DNA of 51,702 nucleotides from Phormidesmis sp. GTDB lineage: Bacteria; Cyanobacteriota; Cyanobacteriia; Phormidesmidales; Phormidesmidaceae. The notes beneath the pieces were generated by a model. That model saw only the letters and a list, made by a program, of their open reading frames with translations, was not told the origin of the DNA and made no database searches. Position 1 is the stretch's first letter, and every line of letters begins with the position of its first letter. Below, piece after piece: positions 50,649 through 51,702 of this stretch. Both the position numbers and the translations under genes were made by a program. The stretch spans positions 1-51,702 of the forward strand of contig JBARVS010000527.1 in the NCBI GenBank assembly GCA_049646385.1, read 5' to 3'.

Positions 50649-51257
50649 TTGAGCGTGAAGGCAGCAGAAAATCCGTTTGGCAGCATCGGTGCGCCACCCT
50701 TTGTAGACCTGAGCCAGTACCATCAGCCCAGTTATGATGCTGGCGGCTCAAGAGTCGCTATGCTGATTTGGTGGCTGATACAGGCGATGGTTTTTCCCCT
50801 GACGCTGCACACGGCACATGGCATTCGCGCTGGGCTGCTGCGGCTGTTCGGGGCCAAAATTGGCCAGGACGTAATTATTCGGCCCACGGCGCGCTTTACC
50901 TACCCGTGGAATATTGAGATTGGCGATCGCACTTGGATAGGCGACGACGTAGTGCTCTACAGCCTAGCGCCGATTAAAATTGGCTGTCACTGCGTCATTT
51001 CGCAAAAGAGCTATCTCTGTACGGGCAGTCACAATATTAGTGACCCTCGCTTTGGCTTGGTTACAGGCGAACTTGTGATAGAAAACGGAGTGTGGGTGGC
51101 TACTGACTGTTTTGTGGGGCCAAACGTTTGCATTGGCGCAAACGCAGTGATTGGTACCCGCAGCACGGTGCTTCATTCGATGCCATCGGCGCAAATTTGT
51201 GTGGGCACTCCCTGCCAGCCGATTAAGCCTAGACCGATGGCTGAGGCAGCCTCGTAG
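50649..51257 (+). CDS. WcaF/HpsU-type polysaccharide O-acetyltransferase (left-handed beta-helix)
   Basis: LLRLFGAKIG, TYPWNIEIGD, ISQKSYLCTGSH, hexapeptide repeats. Confidence 0.88.
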   Translation: MSVKAAENPFGSIGAPPFVDLSQYHQPSYDAGGSRVAMLIWWLIQAMVFPLTLHTAHGIRAGLLRLFGAKIGQDVIIRPTARFTYPWNIEIGDRTWIGDDVVLYSLAPIKIGCHCVISQKSYLCTGSHNISDPRFGLVTGELVIENGVWVATDCFVGPNVCIGANAVIGTRSTVLHSMPSAQICVGTPCQPIKPRPMAEAAS

Positions 51258-51424
51258 AATGCCTTCATGGAACGCCCACAGTAAATCACTGAATCGCGAC
51301 TGAATCGCTATAGGCTTCTTGCTAGCTTCATCTTTTGACTCGCTTATCCGGAAACTTTGTCAGGTGTCAGCCGTCTTTTTTAGGGAGTCGTCACCTGTCA
51401 TGAGCGTCAAGGTTATTGAGTCCG

Positions 51425-51702
51425 ATGGTTTACGAAGAGCGGATTGAAGAGATTGACTTGCAGCGCTACTGGCTGGTGCTAAAGCGCCGCTGGCGACCGG
51501 CTTCAGCGGTTTTTATCGTGACGGTGCTGGCTGCTTTTGGAGCCACGATGACCCAAAAGCAGCTTTATGAGGCGGCGGCCAAGCTGCTGCTACGGCCTGA
51601 CCAGTCGGCAGTTTTAACCGGGGTTCAGGACGTAGGCGACCTAAAAAGCCTGAAGCAAACGAGCGATCCGCTGGCGACCCAGGCTGAAATTATTTTTTCG
51701 CT
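51425..51702 (+). CDS. Wzc/GumC-type polysaccharide co-polymerase, N-terminal part (truncated by window edge)
   Basis: Not in the ORF track. Manual translation MVYEERIEEIDLQRYWLVLKRRWRPASAVFIVTVLAAFGATMTQKQLYEAAAKLLL...DPLATQAEIIFS matches the Wzz/Wzc N-terminal pattern. Confidence 0.85.
   Translation, partial: MVYEERIEEIDLQRYWLVLKRRWRPASAVFIVTVLAAFGATMTQKQLYEAAAKLLLRPDQSAVLTGVQDVGDLKSLKQTSDPLATQAEIIFS

Larger units (their letters stand above)
1..51702. repeat. HIP1 (GCGATCGC) highly iterated palindrome, dispersed
   Basis: More than 50 copies seen by eye (about 1 per kb), e.g. 1254, 4583, 4595, 9879, 21329, 21350, 34535, 38895, 45614. Confidence 0.95.

Noticed and set aside
1..51702. Mobile elements, prophage, defence systems, tRNA/rRNA
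   Set aside because: No transposase, integrase, phage or defence-like ORF and no cloverleaf or rRNA-like sequence was recognised. HIP1 occurs throughout, consistent with native core chromosome.

Overview
Core-chromosome segment of a cyanobacterium, probably a filamentous Leptolyngbya/Nodosilinea/Phormidesmis-like organism. This is inferred from the gene content (psb32, ftn2/zipN, pdhAB-secDF, a dgdA-like gene) and from more than 50 copies of the HIP1 octamer GCGATCGC seen by eye. About 42 CDSs are present, mostly housekeeping: rlmN, purN, fmt, pdhAB, secDF, dusB, mltA, yqgF, smc, ftsE, recO and deoC. There are also envelope/polysaccharide genes, including a truncated polysaccharide deacetylase at the left edge and GT2-GT2-WcaF/HpsU-like genes plus a truncated Wzc/GumC gene at the right edge. 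I found no rRNA, tRNA, CRISPR array, prophage or IS element. The most unusual signal is non-genic: base composition is polar around many HIP1 sites (G/T-rich on the 5' side, C/A-rich on the 3' side), regardless of gene orientation, giving a saw-tooth skew. Other leads are a consensus cyanobacterial LexA box at the smc promoter, an acyltransferase plus ELT/PES-type hydrolase gene pair, a DUF3038-DUF4335-OmpA-fmt operon, a repeat/hairpin cluster between ftn2 and pdhA, and pervasive 10-19 bp tandem micro-duplications. All family calls come from motif recognition, not database searches.
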